Shown piece after piece: positions 36,752 through 48,243 of a stretch of 64,000 nucleotides of DNA. This DNA is from Hormoscilla sp. GTDB taxonomy: Bacteria > Cyanobacteriota > Cyanobacteriia > Cyanobacteriales > Desertifilaceae. Positions within the stretch are counted from its first letter, which is position 1, and each line of letters opens with the position of its first letter. The translations under genes and the position numbers were made by a program. The stretch spans positions 32,001 through 96,000 of the forward strand of contig JBFRWI010000086.1 in the NCBI GenBank assembly GCA_051439505.1. Direction: 5' to 3'. The notes under the pieces were generated by a model that was not told the DNA's origin, made no database searches, and saw only the letters and a program-made list of their open reading frames with translations.

Positions 36752-39481
36752 ATGGATTTAATTTTGTGTCATACCACAGCTGATTTTGACTGTTTGGGTG
36801 CAGCTGTGGGTCTAACGAGGCTGAAACCAGGAGCGAAGTTGGTGCTGACTGGCGGTTCTCACCCGACTGTGCGAGATTTTTTGGCTCTGCATCGGGATGA
36901 GTATGCCCCGATCGAACGTCGGGCAGTCAACCCCAAACTGATTCGTTCCCTATCGGTGGTGGATACCCAGCAGCGCGATCGCTTGGGGAAGGCGGCGGAG
37001 TGGTTGGACTTACCGCAACTGTCGGCAGTAGAAGTTTACGACCATCACCGGTCGGTCCTGGGAGATATTCAGGCCACTTATACTCAGATCGAGTCTGTGG
37101 GGGCGACCACTACTCTGATAGTAGAACAGTTGCAGCTCAAACAGATTAGTCTCACCCCAGCAGAGGCAACTGTAATGGCCTTGGGGATCCATGTGGATAC
37201 GGGTTCTCTCACTTTTGAATCTAGCACGGCAAGAGATGCTTTGGCCTTGGCCTGGTTGATGCAGCAGGGGGCCAGTCAAGGAGCGATCGCGGATTATGTT
37301 TCACCTAGTTTATCTGGCCAGCTACAAGAGTTGTTAACAGTAGCGCTGGAAAACTTGCAAGTGGAAACGGTAAGCGGTCACCAGGTAGCTTCGGTGTTGC
37401 TGTGTACTGATGGTTTTGTGCCGGGGTTGTCTAGTCTGGCAACGCGACTGCTGGAGTTAACCAATGCTGATGCTTTGCTATTGGGATGTCGCTATCGGGC
37501 CAAGTCTTCCGGAGAAGAACGCTTGAGCGCGATCGGGCGATCGGGCATATCCGGCACGGATCTCAATGAGATTTTCGGACCCTTGGGAGGCGGCGGTCAT
37601 GCCCAAGCGGCCTCTGTAACCTGGCGGGGAGAAGATCCACAGACAATTTTCGCGCAACTGCTAGATCGACTGAAAGCCCAAATTCCTCAACCACTGACGG
37701 CCCGGGAGTTAATGTCCTCCCCTGTCCGGACCATTTTACCTCAAACTACGATTCGCGAAGCCAGTAGAATTCTGCTCAGATACGGTCATTCCGGTTTATT
37801 CGTAGTGGACGCGATCGGTCAGTTAGTAGGAATTATCTCCCGACGAGATATCGATCTTGCCCTGCACCACGGTTTTTCTCATGCCCCCGTCAAGGGTTAC
37901 ATGACCAAGAACCTAAAAACAATTACTCCCGATACCGGACTTAGGGCGATCGAGTCTCTGATGATGACCTATGATATCGGGCGCTTGCCAGTTTTGCAAG
38001 CTGGTCAGTTGGTGGGCAGTGTCACCCGCACCGATGTTTTGCGCCAGTTGCATACCGAACATATCCAGGCCAAACCAACAGCCAAATCGCGCAGCGTTGC
38101 GATCGCCAGCGAAGCAATCCCCTTGCAAACATGCTTGCTGCCAGAGTTGCGATCGCGCCTCACTCCACAACTCTGGCATCTTCTCAAGATGGCCGCCAAT
38201 GCCGCTGTTAGTCGCGGTTGGCATCTGTATCTAGTCGGTGGCGCCGTCCGTGATTTACTGCTGGCCGACACAGATAATTTAGTAATGCTACAAGATATTG
38301 ATTTAGTTGTAGATGGCTTCCACCGTTCTGCTGATGCCGGTGCCGGAGTCGAACTAGCCAAAGAACTACAACAACTCTACCCAGGGGCCCGTTTGCAAGT
38401 GCATGGACGTTTTCAAACTGCTGCCTTGCTGTGGCACAAAGACCCCGAATTAGATAATCTCTGGCTCGATATTGCCACGGCCCGAACCGAATTTTATCCC
38501 TATCCCGCTGCTAACCCAGAAGTAGAGGCAAGTTCTATTCGTCAAGACCTCTATCGTCGTGATTTTACCATCAATGCCTTGGCATTGCGGCTCACGCCAC
38601 CCCGTGCCGGTGAATTATTAGATTTCTTTGGCGGTTTGCTAGATTTAGATGCCAAGTTAATTCGCGTTTTACACGCCAATAGCTTTATTGAAGACCCCAC
38701 CCGCATTTATCGCGCCGTCCGGTTTGCCGTCCGCTTGGGCTTTGAAATTGAATCCCAGACTGAAGCATATATCCATTATGCCATAGAAAGTGGAGTTTAC
38801 AATCGCTCTGTCGCTGAAAATAGCAGAGCACCTGCTCTAGAAACCAGGCTCAAGAATGAATTAAAATATATCTTGCAAGCGCCTTACTGGAAACTAGCAT
38901 TGCAGATATTGGGAGATTTAGGAGCCTTACGCTGCATTCATCCTACTCTGGAATTGAACGAGCAACTCTGGAAACAGATGCGCTTAGTCGATCGGTGTTT
39001 GCGGCGGTTCAGCAAATTAAATCCTCAATTACCAAGTTGGGAAATGCTGCTAGAGGTTTTGATTACTCAGATATTACCAGAGGAAAGGGGGAAGGTAGCG
39101 ACAAATCTCCAGTTACCTGCCCAGACTATTGAACGACTCAGTCAGCTTGACAAAGTAGCATCAGTTGTGCTAGAGAAATTGCCAGAATGTCAGCGTCCTA
39201 GTCAGATCCTGCAACTGTTGCAACCCTATGATGTGGCTACTTTAATTTTAATTGCAGTGGGGAGTCCGAGAAGCGTAAGACAGAAAATTTGGCGTTATTT
39301 AACGGAATTTGCACAAGTGAAATCTCCCTTAAATGGCAATGACCTCAAGCAGTTGGGTTATCAAAGGGGCCCTCAGTTTAAGCAAATGCTGGATGCTTTA
39401 TTGGTCGCGAAGCTGGATGGTCTAGTGGGCGATCGGGCGTCAGCGGAGGCTTATCTAGCAGAACATTTCCCCCTGAAATGA
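36752..39481 (+). CDS. tRNA nucleotidyltransferase with DHH and CBS domains
   Basis: ADFD, YDHH, GGGGH, CBS pair, [38 protein letters not shown]. Confidence 0.9.
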   Translation: MDLILCHTTADFDCLGAAVGLTRLKPGAKLVLTGGSHPTVRDFLALHRDEYAPIERRAVNPKLIRSLSVVDTQQRDRLGKAAEWLDLPQLSAVEVYDHHRSVLGDIQATYTQIESVGATTTLIVEQLQLKQISLTPAEATVMALGIHVDTGSLTFESSTARDALALAWLMQQGASQGAIADYVSPSLSGQLQELLTVALENLQVETVSGHQVASVLLCTDGFVPGLSSLATRLLELTNADALLLGCRYRAKSSGEERLSAIGRSGISGTDLNEIFGPLGGGGHAQAASVTWRGEDPQTIFAQLLDRLKAQIPQPLTARELMSSPVRTILPQTTIREASRILLRYGHSGLFVVDAIGQLVGIISRRDIDLALHHGFSHAPVKGYMTKNLKTITPDTGLRAIESLMMTYDIGRLPVLQAGQLVGSVTRTDVLRQLHTEHIQAKPTAKSRSVAIASEAIPLQTCLLPELRSRLTPQLWHLLKMAANAAVSRGWHLYLVGGAVRDLLLADTDNLVMLQDIDLVVDGFHRSADAGAGVELAKELQQLYPGARLQVHGRFQTAALLWHKDPELDNLWLDIATARTEFYPYPAANPEVEASSIRQDLYRRDFTINALALRLTPPRAGELLDFFGGLLDLDAKLIRVLHANSFIEDPTRIYRAVRFAVRLGFEIESQTEAYIHYAIESGVYNRSVAENSRAPALETRLKNELKYILQAPYWKLALQILGDLGALRCIHPTLELNEQLWKQMRLVDRCLRRFSKLNPQLPSWEMLLEVLITQILPEERGKVATNLQLPAQTIERLSQLDKVASVVLEKLPECQRPSQILQLLQPYDVATLILIAVGSPRSVRQKIWRYLTEFAQVKSPLNGNDLKQLGYQRGPQFKQMLDALLVAKLDGLVGDRASAEAYLAEHFPLK

Positions 39482-39487
39482 AAAGTC

Positions 39488-39553
39488 GTTTGTAGTAATC
39501 ACTTTAGTGATTTACCGGTCCAGTTTGTAGTAATCACTTTAGTGATTTACCGG
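39488..39553 (+). repeat. Two copies of REP-like hairpin GTTTGTAGT-AATCAC-TTTA-GTGATT
   Basis: 31-bp direct repeats at 39488 and 39523. Confidence 0.8.
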
Positions 39554-39780
39554 CGCGAAGCGCAGAGAGTCGTTTGTAGCCCGATCGCCGTCACCCTCAG
39601 CAGGAGTTAGAACGGGGAGAGATTGCTTCTTTTGCATTTCCTGATATAATGCTGTCAGTGACTCAGATGTTTAGTTAATCAGCTACCACCATTGAGATGA
39701 AGAAACCCGGTTTTCGGTAAAAACCAGGTTTCTGGGCCTTCGATGTGAATACTAAACAGAATCTCAAGCTCCCGATCGCT

Positions 39781-40101
39781 TTAATTATCACCCGCTTCGT
39801 TCGAGAGTGTTTTTTCGACAAGCAGCTTGAGAATGTCCACAATCTCTCCTTGACGGTTGTCCAATTTGTTGATTAGCCTGTACATATTTGCGGTAGTGTC
39901 GCCTTGAACCTTGGCTAAATTAGCCAAAGCATTGCCTTGAGTCTCTGCTAGACTAGCTAAGGTTTCCCTGATCGCGGCCATTTCCTGCTTCGCTTGGCGA
40001 TCGCTCTCTCTCAGTTCTGCCAGAGAATCTGCCACTGCCGCAATAGCGCGAGCATTGGACTCGATTAACTTTTTCAGTTCATCATCATTAGCTTCAGTCA
40101 T
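39781..40101 (-). CDS. Small coiled-coil hypothetical protein
   Basis: RBS GGAG; LKKLIESNARAI coiled-coil pattern. Confidence 0.65.
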   Translation of the reverse strand: MTEANDDELKKLIESNARAIAAVADSLAELRESDRQAKQEMAAIRETLASLAETQGNALANLAKVQGDTTANMYRLINKLDNRQGEIVDILKLLVEKTLSNEAGDN

Positions 40102-40511
40102 CCTTAACTCCTGTGTTGTTTCTAGATTCTTAATGTTATCATATATGTAATCGGATCAAACTAGGTTTATGGCATCGGAGAAAACCCCGATCGCCCGATC
40201 GCCTACAAAAAATGTGCTGGGAATAATTGTTTTGGCTTTTCTGGCTAGTGCAACGCCGAGAAAATATATCACTAGCAAGCCGCAGACGTAGATCTCGATC
40301 GCGCGTGCGATCTCATAAGTAGACAGAAGGCAGAACTCGCAGCTCAATGGTGGGCTCCTACGCCAAGACTGGTACAGTAAGGCCCCATAGGGTCAGGGTA
40401 CAACCGGCGAATGTGGAAGGGCCCCTGGGGGAAATTCCTCTCAGTCGAAACGCGAGATTGAGAAAAAAGTAGTTATAATTTTTGTAAAGACCGCACCCAA
40501 ACATTGTTTAC

Positions 40512-40838
40512 ATGAGTGATCCTCTAGTTCGCGCCTTCTTTGTCGGCAGGGCCCTAGCTGAGGCCCTCGGCGAGCAGCTAGCATATACCCTGACAGATGC
40601 CATCAGTGCCCTGGGTAAGTTCGATGCCGAGCAACGGGAACGCTGGCGTAACTTTGCCGAGCAAGTAATTGCACGGGCAGACCAGGCCCAAGCAACAGCA
40701 ACTCAGGAGACAACTCCGACCACCGTTGCCCCCAATAGCACCCAACAATCTGACCTGCAAGAGATGATCGATAAACTGCGGGCAGAAACAGCTCAGTTAC
40801 GTGCTGAGTTGCAACGCTATCGATCGCGCTCAACATAA
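40512..40838 (+). CDS. Conserved cyanobacterial protein (DUF6825-like)
   Basis: AFFVGRALAE...GKFDAEQRE...IDKLRAE. Confidence 0.8.
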   Translation: MSDPLVRAFFVGRALAEALGEQLAYTLTDAISALGKFDAEQRERWRNFAEQVIARADQAQATATQETTPTTVAPNSTQQSDLQEMIDKLRAETAQLRAELQRYRSRST

Positions 40839-40885
40839 ACTATTCTCTCTGCACACAGACCAAGCATCTTAAAACTGTCGAACCA

Positions 40886-42571
40886 ATGGAAAAAGCCTAT
40901 AACAATCGGGCTTATCGGTGGAATCGCCCCAAATATTCTCGTCACCGGCGATATCTGGATATCTGGACCTTTGTCTGGCTGTTACTGGGCGGATTCTGGC
41001 TGAACGGCAAACCCTGGAGCTACCGGGGTGGTATGACAGAGGAGAAGAAAAATATCAGACGCCGCGAACAAGCAGTCTGGATCCGCGAGAGCCTTTTGGA
41101 TTTGGGCCCCACATTTATCAAGGTGGGGCAGCTATTCTCCACCAGGGCCGATCTATTTCCCACCGAATATGTAGAAGAACTCTCTAAACTGCAAGATAAG
41201 GTGCCGGCTTTTGGCGACGAGCAGGTGGAGGCGATCGTAGGACAGGACTTAGGTAAGCCGATCGCCGAACTATACCGCAGTTTCGATCCCATACCCCTGG
41301 CAGCAGCTAGCTTAGGTCAAGTCCATCGAGCTATGCTACACACCGGCGAAGAGGTAGCGGTAAAGGTACAACGACCGGGGTTGCAGCAGCTGTTTACCAT
41401 AGATTTAAGCATTCTCAAGGGTATTACCCGCTACTTTCAAAACCATCCTCGATGGGGTAGGGGTCGCGACTGGCTCGGCATTTATGATGAATGCTGTCGG
41501 ATCCTCTGGGAAGAGATAGATTATATTAATGAAGGTCGCAATGCCGATACCTTCCGCCGCAATTTTCGCTCTTGTAGCTGGGTGCAGGTTCCCAGAGTCC
41601 ACTGGCGCTATACAGCAGGCCGCGTTCTTACCTTGGAGTATATCCCCGGAATTAAGATTAGCCATTACGAAGCCCTAGAAGCGGCGGGTCTCGATCGCAA
41701 GACCTTGGCTCAACTAGGTGCCAAGGCTTATCTGATGCAAATCCTCAACAATGGCTTCTTTCACGCCGATCCTCACCCGGGGAATATTGCAGTTAACCCA
41801 GAAGGGGCACTGATATTCTATGATTTCGGTATGATGGGGGAGATCCAGCCGATTACCCGGGAGAAACTCCTAGATACCTTTTTTGGCATTGCCCAAAAAG
41901 ATGGAAACCGGGTGATGAACTCCCTGATTGAGTTAGGTGCCTTAGCGAGAGTCGAAGATATGGGACCGGTGCGGCGCTCTATCCAGTATATGCTGGATAA
42001 TTTTATGGATCAGCCCTTTGAAAATCAATCGGTCAATCAAATCAGCGATGACTTGTATGAGATCGCCTACGACCAGCCCTTTCGCTTTCCGGCCACCTTT
42101 ACCTTCGTGATGCGGGCCTTCTCTACTCTCGAAGGTGTGGGTAAGGGACTCGACCCTGAGTTTAACTTTATGGAGGTAGCAAGACCCTTTGCCACGCAGA
42201 TTATGACCGATGGAAACTCAAAACCAGGAAATGACCTGTTTAGCGAACTGGGCCGCCAAGCTGCCCAAGTGAGTAATACGGCCTTGAGTCTGCCACGACG
42301 CCTGGAGATGACCCTCGATAAACTAGAACAGGGAGATATCCGCCTGCGGGTCCGCTCTACGGAAACAGATCGGCTGATTAGACGTCTCAGTAGCGTTAAT
42401 ATGGCTACTAACTATGTATTGTCGATCGCGGCTTTGACATTATCAGCTACAATACTGTTTGTCAGCGGCTATCCAGGGTTAGCGGTGGTAGTGGTAGCAG
42501 GAGCGATAATATTGGCAGTCGCTCTGTTCCGTCTACTGCGCTCTATCAGCCGTTTCGACCGCATGCCTTGA
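40886..42571 (+). CDS. AarF/ABC1/UbiB atypical kinase
   Basis: LGPTFIKVGQ, AAASLGQVH, VAVKVQRP, HADPHPGN, YDFGM. Confidence 0.95.
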   Translation: MEKAYNNRAYRWNRPKYSRHRRYLDIWTFVWLLLGGFWLNGKPWSYRGGMTEEKKNIRRREQAVWIRESLLDLGPTFIKVGQLFSTRADLFPTEYVEELSKLQDKVPAFGDEQVEAIVGQDLGKPIAELYRSFDPIPLAAASLGQVHRAMLHTGEEVAVKVQRPGLQQLFTIDLSILKGITRYFQNHPRWGRGRDWLGIYDECCRILWEEIDYINEGRNADTFRRNFRSCSWVQVPRVHWRYTAGRVLTLEYIPGIKISHYEALEAAGLDRKTLAQLGAKAYLMQILNNGFFHADPHPGNIAVNPEGALIFYDFGMMGEIQPITREKLLDTFFGIAQKDGNRVMNSLIELGALARVEDMGPVRRSIQYMLDNFMDQPFENQSVNQISDDLYEIAYDQPFRFPATFTFVMRAFSTLEGVGKGLDPEFNFMEVARPFATQIMTDGNSKPGNDLFSELGRQAAQVSNTALSLPRRLEMTLDKLEQGDIRLRVRSTETDRLIRRLSSVNMATNYVLSIAALTLSATILFVSGYPGLAVVVVAGAIILAVALFRLLRSISRFDRMP

Positions 42572-42616
42572 TCGATCTATTGTTAAATTGCTGTTTGATG
42601 CTGCCCACTCTTATTT

Positions 42617-43357
42617 ATGAAACGCTTCTTTAAAGGTCTAACTGATACAGGAGTTGTCCGTTCCGTCAATCAAGATCATTACCATTGCGATCTCGAAGGG
42701 CGATTTTTTATAGTAGCAGATGGAATGGGAGGCCATACGGGCGGTCAAGAGGCAAGTCAGATCGCCACTTCGACCATTGCCAGCTATCTGGAGGAGAAGT
42801 GGGATAGTTCCCTAACATCCCCAAATCTGCTAGAAGAGGCTTTATACAAGGCAAATAAAGCAATCTTGCTCGATCAGCAGCAGCATCCAGAACGATCGGA
42901 TATGGGAACAACGATCGTGGTGCTGATGTTTAGAGAAGATCGACACCGACCCTGGTGTGCTCATATTGGCGATTCTCGCCTCTATAGATTGCGGGGACAT
43001 GGCCTAGAGCAAATTACCGAAGATCATACTTGGGTGGCCCGTGCGGTAAGTTCGGGCGCACTCGCTCCCGATCTGGCCCGGACTCATCCTTGGCGTCATG
43101 TATTATCTCAATGTCTGGGTCGCGAGGACTTGAACGAAATCGAAATCCAATCTCTAGACGTAAAAGCAGGCGATCGCCTACTTTTATGTAGTGACGGCTT
43201 GACTGAAGAACTCTCCGACCATCAGATTGAGTCTAAACTCAAAAGCATTCGCGCCAGTGAAAAAGCCGCCCAAACTCTGATTGACACCGCCAAAGAGAAG
43301 GGCGGACGGGATAATATCACCGTTATAATTGTGATGATTGACGACGATTCCCATTGA
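42617..43357 (+). CDS. PP2C Ser/Thr phosphatase (PphA-like)
   Basis: NQD, VADGMGGH, MGTT, HIGDSR, CSDGL, GGRDNIT. Confidence 0.92.
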   Translation: MKRFFKGLTDTGVVRSVNQDHYHCDLEGRFFIVADGMGGHTGGQEASQIATSTIASYLEEKWDSSLTSPNLLEEALYKANKAILLDQQQHPERSDMGTTIVVLMFREDRHRPWCAHIGDSRLYRLRGHGLEQITEDHTWVARAVSSGALAPDLARTHPWRHVLSQCLGREDLNEIEIQSLDVKAGDRLLLCSDGLTEELSDHQIESKLKSIRASEKAAQTLIDTAKEKGGRDNITVIIVMIDDDSH

Positions 43358-43391
43358 GCAATTGTTAATTATTGCACAATATGATAGTGTT

Positions 43392-43553
43392 GATTGATGA
43401 TCGAGCGGTTATTGGTCATAAATATCAATATTTGTCTAAATTATCTATCCCTAAAGGCACTTCTTATTAGCAATTAGCAATCAGCAATTCGCAACCATCA
43501 TCCTGAAAAAACGAAACTGACCCCAGGAACAGATTGTTTCTGGGGTATTTTGT
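43392..43553 (+). ncRNA. Candidate sRNA (possibly PsrR1-like)
   Basis: TATGAT -10 at 43380; no ORF in the track; ends in GAAACTG-ACCCCAGGAACA..TGTTTCTGGGGT-ATTTT terminator hairpin. Family resemblance is from memory only. Confidence 0.3.
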
Positions 43554-43799
43554 TCGTTGCGAGCATCTTTACCCATGGCAACTTGCTAAAACTGAATTAG
43601 TTGCCATTATCGAACTCTGGTCGATATGTCAAATATCTGTTATATTTTGTAATATAAAAAGCCCAATTGACTCTGGCCATAGGATATAGCGCATCATTTC
43701 ATTCTTGCTGAGCACTGCCAACTGGATTTCTCAGACTGCTATCATCGGTAAAAATGTGCAACGCCCCGATTTTTACCCAATCCGAAAATTGTAGCTCCT

Positions 43800-44690
43800 A
43801 TGTTTAAGCGTGCTTTAATCTCTACAGATTTAGCGGACGGTTTGCATCGGCTAGTGGATTTTGTGCCAGATCTGGCTGCTAGCGGTTTGCAGCAGATAGT
43901 TTTCCTGCATACGGTGCCCCTGTGGCAGGAGGGGAGAATCCCCAGAGAAGATACCGAAAAAATCCAGCAGGCGAAATCTCGCCTGTCAGCGGCACAAGGG
44001 ACTTCCGAAGTGGATGTCAAAGTTGAGGTCTTCACCTCCAATAAACCCCACGAGGCCATATTGCAGACCGCCGAAACCTACCAGTCAGATATCATTATCT
44101 TGGGTGCTTCTACCCAGAATCTGCTGAACGAAAAGCTGTTTGGTTCTACCAGCGTGACTGTATCTCAGCAAACGGAAACGCCGTTGATGGTGCTGCGCCC
44201 CCGGCTAGTCTCTGTCTACACTACCGAGGAGCTTTCCCTGCGCTGTCAGCATCTGTTCCGCTATTTGATGATTCCTTACGATGGCAGCGACTCAGCTGAT
44301 TATTTGCTCCAACAGATTAAGCAATACGCCCAAGACCGCCCGTCGGGACTCTCCCATTGTCTGCTGATCTGGGTAGTTGAGGAGGGAGGGATCAGGGAAC
44401 TGCGCAAGCATGAAGAATTACAACTTGCCCGGGAAGCCCTCGAATCAGTTAAAGCAGATTTGTCACAACTAGACTTGGAGGTAATTGTGGAGATACGGCA
44501 GGGAGATCCCCTACCGGAGATTTTTAATGCGGCTCTCGAATATGATATCGCCGCGATCGCCATCACCTCTTTACGACACAACAAGTTACTCGACTGGTCA
44601 GTTCCCAGCTTTAGCAGCCAGTTGTTGCGTCGTAGTTGGCATCCGATCGTCTTTTTCCCACCCCCGCGATCGGGCCATCATCGCGGTTAA
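43800..44690 (+). CDS. Tandem universal stress protein
   Basis: ALISTD, DIIILG...FGST, second domain IPYDGS. Confidence 0.9.
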   Translation: MFKRALISTDLADGLHRLVDFVPDLAASGLQQIVFLHTVPLWQEGRIPREDTEKIQQAKSRLSAAQGTSEVDVKVEVFTSNKPHEAILQTAETYQSDIIILGASTQNLLNEKLFGSTSVTVSQQTETPLMVLRPRLVSVYTTEELSLRCQHLFRYLMIPYDGSDSADYLLQQIKQYAQDRPSGLSHCLLIWVVEEGGIRELRKHEELQLAREALESVKADLSQLDLEVIVEIRQGDPLPEIFNAALEYDIAAIAITSLRHNKLLDWSVPSFSSQLLRRSWHPIVFFPPPRSGHHRG

Positions 44691-46387
44691 AATTTGCTGC
44701 GATGCTGCTGCGCAGCCGCTTCGCGATCGCAACCGAGAGCAAAAGAGCCCGAATCACCCGATTCCAACTTGAGCAAAATCTGCGGTTGCAGCTTGTCAAG
44801 CTCTTGCTTGAGCAGCTCTTTGCTCAAGCTAGGTTGGTTCTCTGGCAATAGCCTACTCTTGTTGGTCCAGTCTAGCAGCCGCCGACATTGCTCTTGGCTC
44901 AGAGAGATTGTCATCACCTCCGCACAGGTATGGGGCCCCTCCAAGGGAAACAATAGCAGCCGGTAGCGACCGATTTCCCCTAATTGTCTGGCCATTTGCT
45001 GTCCGGTAGCTGTCTTTAAATCCAGATAGCAAGGTAGCCATCTCGGACCCTGCCGCTGGTTGTAAAGGACTGTCAGCCACAGCACCATGGGATGGGGAGC
45101 CATCGAGCAGAGAAAGTTTTTGTAGAGCTTATTGTAGAGTTTATTCACCAGACGCTGCTCGATTTCCCGTGCTGACAGCATCGCCCATAGGGTCACCAAA
45201 GTCTGGGACCCTCCAGAACCCACTTTGATCGGATGGGGAAATACAATTTGAGCAAGGGGTTTGTTCTTTGGCCAAGACTGGGCCTGACAGATTTCATCTG
45301 CCCCAGGCACATCCTGTTGGGGTTCGACTGCCGTTAACCGATCCGATTTTTCCCGAACGGTGGGGGTTTTGCTAATTTTTTGCTTGATGGGCTGAGACGG
45401 GGGGCCAGAGGGGGTTTTGCTAATCTCTGGCTCGATGGGTTGAGACTTTGACTGAGACTTGGGTTGGGACTTTGGCTGGGACGGAGGACGAGAAAAATTT
45501 TCTAGGTCTTTTTCTAGGGCTTGTAAACTCTTGAAAATTTCTCTGGCGCTTTCGGGACGAGACTTGGGGTTTTTGGCCAGACATTTCATCACCAACTTTT
45601 CTAGTTCCTGGGGCAGATTTAAGTTGAGTTCTACTGACTTAAAAGACCGAGGGGCTTGAGATTGATGAGCTTTATACCAGGCCCCGAAAGTGTGGGTTTT
45701 TACCTCCAGGGGCATTTTTCCCGTGAGCATTTGGAACATCATCACCCCCAGACTATAAAGGTCTGAGGCGCTAGTTAATTCCTTGCCATCCATCTGTTCT
45801 GGAGAAGAGTAGGCCAAAGTCCCCATGAAACAATTGGTTACCCCAGCGTCTTCTTGCAGCAGCTTAGCTATGCCAAAATCAAGGATCTTCACTAACTCCT
45901 CTAATGTCGGATCTTGACTCACCAGAATATTGCTAGGCTTAATATCTCGATGGATGATGGGAATAATTTTGTCGTCTTTTTCGATTCCGGCGTGAGCGCA
46001 CTCCAAACCCAAGCATATTTGGCGGGCTAGACTCAAAAACCTCGGCAATAATAGGGGTTGATTGCTAATGATATCACTCAGGCTTTCTCCTTGCAGATAT
46101 TCCATTACGTAGAATGGGGTTTCGTCTTCGGTGACCCCATAGTCCGTCACCCGGACTATATGCATGCTGTTCTGCCCTAACTGAGCGCTAGTCTTCGCTT
46201 CGGTTTCAAACCGTTCGCGCATCCTTTTGTTCAACATTGCCTGGGAGAGAAACTTGATGGCAACTTTTACCCCTCCCACTCTCTTGTCCTTCGCCAGATA
46301 CACCTGTCCCATTGCTCCTTTTCCTATCGGCTCTACTAGCTGATAGCGATTGAATAGTATGCGGCCTATATTAGAGTCAATGGGCAT
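44687..46387 (-). CDS. Hanks-type Ser/Thr kinase (SpkA-like)
   Basis: GKGAMG, VAIK, HRDIKPSN, DFG, SPE; cyanobacterial C-terminal domain (HPMVLW...PRWLPCYLD). Confidence 0.92.
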   Translation of the reverse strand: MPIDSNIGRILFNRYQLVEPIGKGAMGQVYLAKDKRVGGVKVAIKFLSQAMLNKRMRERFETEAKTSAQLGQNSMHIVRVTDYGVTEDETPFYVMEYLQGESLSDIISNQPLLLPRFLSLARQICLGLECAHAGIEKDDKIIPIIHRDIKPSNILVSQDPTLEELVKILDFGIAKLLQEDAGVTNCFMGTLAYSSPEQMDGKELTSASDLYSLGVMMFQMLTGKMPLEVKTHTFGAWYKAHQSQAPRSFKSVELNLNLPQELEKLVMKCLAKNPKSRPESAREIFKSLQALEKDLENFSRPPSQPKSQPKSQSKSQPIEPEISKTPSGPPSQPIKQKISKTPTVREKSDRLTAVEPQQDVPGADEICQAQSWPKNKPLAQIVFPHPIKVGSGGSQTLVTLWAMLSAREIEQRLVNKLYNKLYKNFLCSMAPHPMVLWLTVLYNQRQGPRWLPCYLDLKTATGQQMARQLGEIGRYRLLLFPLEGPHTCAEVMTISLSQEQCRRLLDWTNKSRLLPENQPSLSKELLKQELDKLQPQILLKLESGDSGSFALGCDREAAAQQHRSKF

Positions 46388-46463
46388 GTACGTTGTTAGT
46401 TGTCAGTTGTTAGTTGTCAATACAAGCATTTTGCATGGAGTCAGATTATCTGCCAGTTACCAG

Positions 46464-46913
46464 TTATTTATGAAGGCGACGTTCTATAATTGCTTCCATC
46501 GTACTGGTCAGATGATAACCGGACATCATGCCACTGGAGATATGATAGGTATTGGAGTCTATGCGGCGTAGGGTTTCAAAGCTACTGCGGCGTTCTTTGT
46601 CACCCAGCACCCAGTAGCGCTGCACTATTGATTCTGGGGCTATCCAGCCTTCTCCTTCTACTTTACCTAATAGACTATGCTGGAGTACGAAGGTATACTG
46701 ACGATCTCCTAAATCTAGGCGTCCCCGATATGTTAGGGAAATTTCTGGGCGGTCTGTTTCTGGAAATTCTAGCTTGGTTACCATTGTAAACCAGTTATCT
46801 AGCTGCCATTTTATTAATGTTTTACCTTTTACTGGGATTGGCATTCCCTGCTTTTCTAGCCAATTTCCCTCTAATACCCAGCCTCCCGGCTCTACTAAAA
46901 ATGTGTGAGTCAC
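46464..46913 (-). CDS. Conserved cyanobacterial hypothetical protein
   Basis: HTFLVEPG.W...LGKVEGEGWI. Confidence 0.75.
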   Translation of the reverse strand: MTHTFLVEPGGWVLEGNWLEKQGMPIPVKGKTLIKWQLDNWFTMVTKLEFPETDRPEISLTYRGRLDLGDRQYTFVLQHSLLGKVEGEGWIAPESIVQRYWVLGDKERRSSFETLRRIDSNTYHISSGMMSGYHLTSTMEAIIERRLHK

Positions 46914-46977
46914 AGCGCTATCCTTTATTTTATCGCCTGCCTATCTGCCCGTCAACTGGTTCCTTTCTACTATCCTA

Positions 46978-48183
46978 TCATGGGTTGCCTCCACCGCATC
47001 CACCTACATGGATTTCCCCTAACAGCATCTCTCGCGGAGCACCTGTTACTCCGGGAACGTTACCTGCTATGCCATGGTAGCGCCAGTAGGCCAAGACTGC
47101 AAAGGCGATCGCTTCTTTATCTGAGGCATTCAAACCTACTTCATCTGTTGTTAACACCGGTATTGTCCCTAACTGCTTTTGCAAACGCTGTCGCAGGTAG
47201 AGATTGCGGCTACCTCCTCCACACAATAGCACTTCCTCTGGCATTTGCGGTAAATATTCTCGGTAATTTTGGACTATTGATACTGCTGTCAGTTCTGTCA
47301 GAGTTGCTAGTATATCCTCTTGTTTGATTATATCATTCTTTTGAGCATCTGTCAAACATTCCTGTAAGAATTGACTGCCAAATTCCTCCCTGCCTGTTGA
47401 TTTGGGGGGCGCTTGTTGAAAAAAGCCGTGTTTCAGCCACTGGTTTACTAGGGGGGTACAGGGTACGCCCCGTGCTGCCCAGGCACCATCTCGATCGTAT
47501 GTCTTGGCCCCACCTGTGAACTGCTGCACTGCTAGGTCTAGTAGCATATTACCCGGACCTGTGTCCCAGCCGCCAACTTTTTCTAGCTGTCCGATTGGCC
47601 CGGCTGGCAGATAGGTGAGGTTGCTAATGCCACCTATATTTTGGATACAGCGACTCACCCTGGGATTTCCCAATAAATAGGCATCTACTCGCGGTACTAG
47701 GGGGGCCCCCTGTCCCCCGGCGGCCAAGTCTGCCTTTCGGAAGTTACTCACTGTGGTTATCCCTGTCTGATGGGCGATCGCCTCTCCTCTCCCTAATTGC
47801 ATACTATAACCCAATTGGGTACTTGATGACTGGCTAGCAGATGTTTTTCTGCGAGGGCGATGATATATTGTTTGACCGTGGGAACCGATCAATTCCGCTT
47901 TTCCCTCGTTACCTGGGGACCGCCTGGTAACGCTTGCTTCCAGGGTTTTTGCTGCGATCGCGAACTCCGATGCGATCGCGTCGTCTAATTCTGCTAATTC
48001 TAGCATCGTCATGGCCGCACCGCCAGCCACTGCCAATATTTTCGACTGCAAATCTACCGAATATGGATATGTTTCCGCCGCTATAACTCGCACGTGCAGC
48101 TTTTGGGCATCTCCATCTATCTCTACCATTGCCGCATCTATGCCATCTACTGATGTACCACTTATGAGACCTATTACTCGCAT
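46978..48183 (-). CDS. anmK: Anhydro-N-acetylmuramic acid kinase
   Basis: [46 protein letters not shown]. Confidence 0.95.
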   Translation of the reverse strand: MRVIGLISGTSVDGIDAAMVEIDGDAQKLHVRVIAAETYPYSVDLQSKILAVAGGAAMTMLELAELDDAIASEFAIAAKTLEASVTRRSPGNEGKAELIGSHGQTIYHRPRRKTSASQSSSTQLGYSMQLGRGEAIAHQTGITTVSNFRKADLAAGGQGAPLVPRVDAYLLGNPRVSRCIQNIGGISNLTYLPAGPIGQLEKVGGWDTGPGNMLLDLAVQQFTGGAKTYDRDGAWAARGVPCTPLVNQWLKHGFFQQAPPKSTGREEFGSQFLQECLTDAQKNDIIKQEDILATLTELTAVSIVQNYREYLPQMPEEVLLCGGGSRNLYLRQRLQKQLGTIPVLTTDEVGLNASDKEAIAFAVLAYWRYHGIAGNVPGVTGAPREMLLGEIHVGGCGGGNP

Positions 48184-48243
48184 ATTCCCCTTCTCTCATC
48201 TGCCTATTTCTGCACCCACGAATGACAGTGGGTGCGGCCCACC

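Noticed and set aside
40200..40465. Possible ncRNA upstream of the DUF6825-like gene
   Set aside because: Only a short hairpin (TCTCAGTC/GATTGAGA); no recognisable family or second copy
45355..45490. SQPK and ISKTP repeats in the kinase
   Set aside because: Ordinary low-complexity linker
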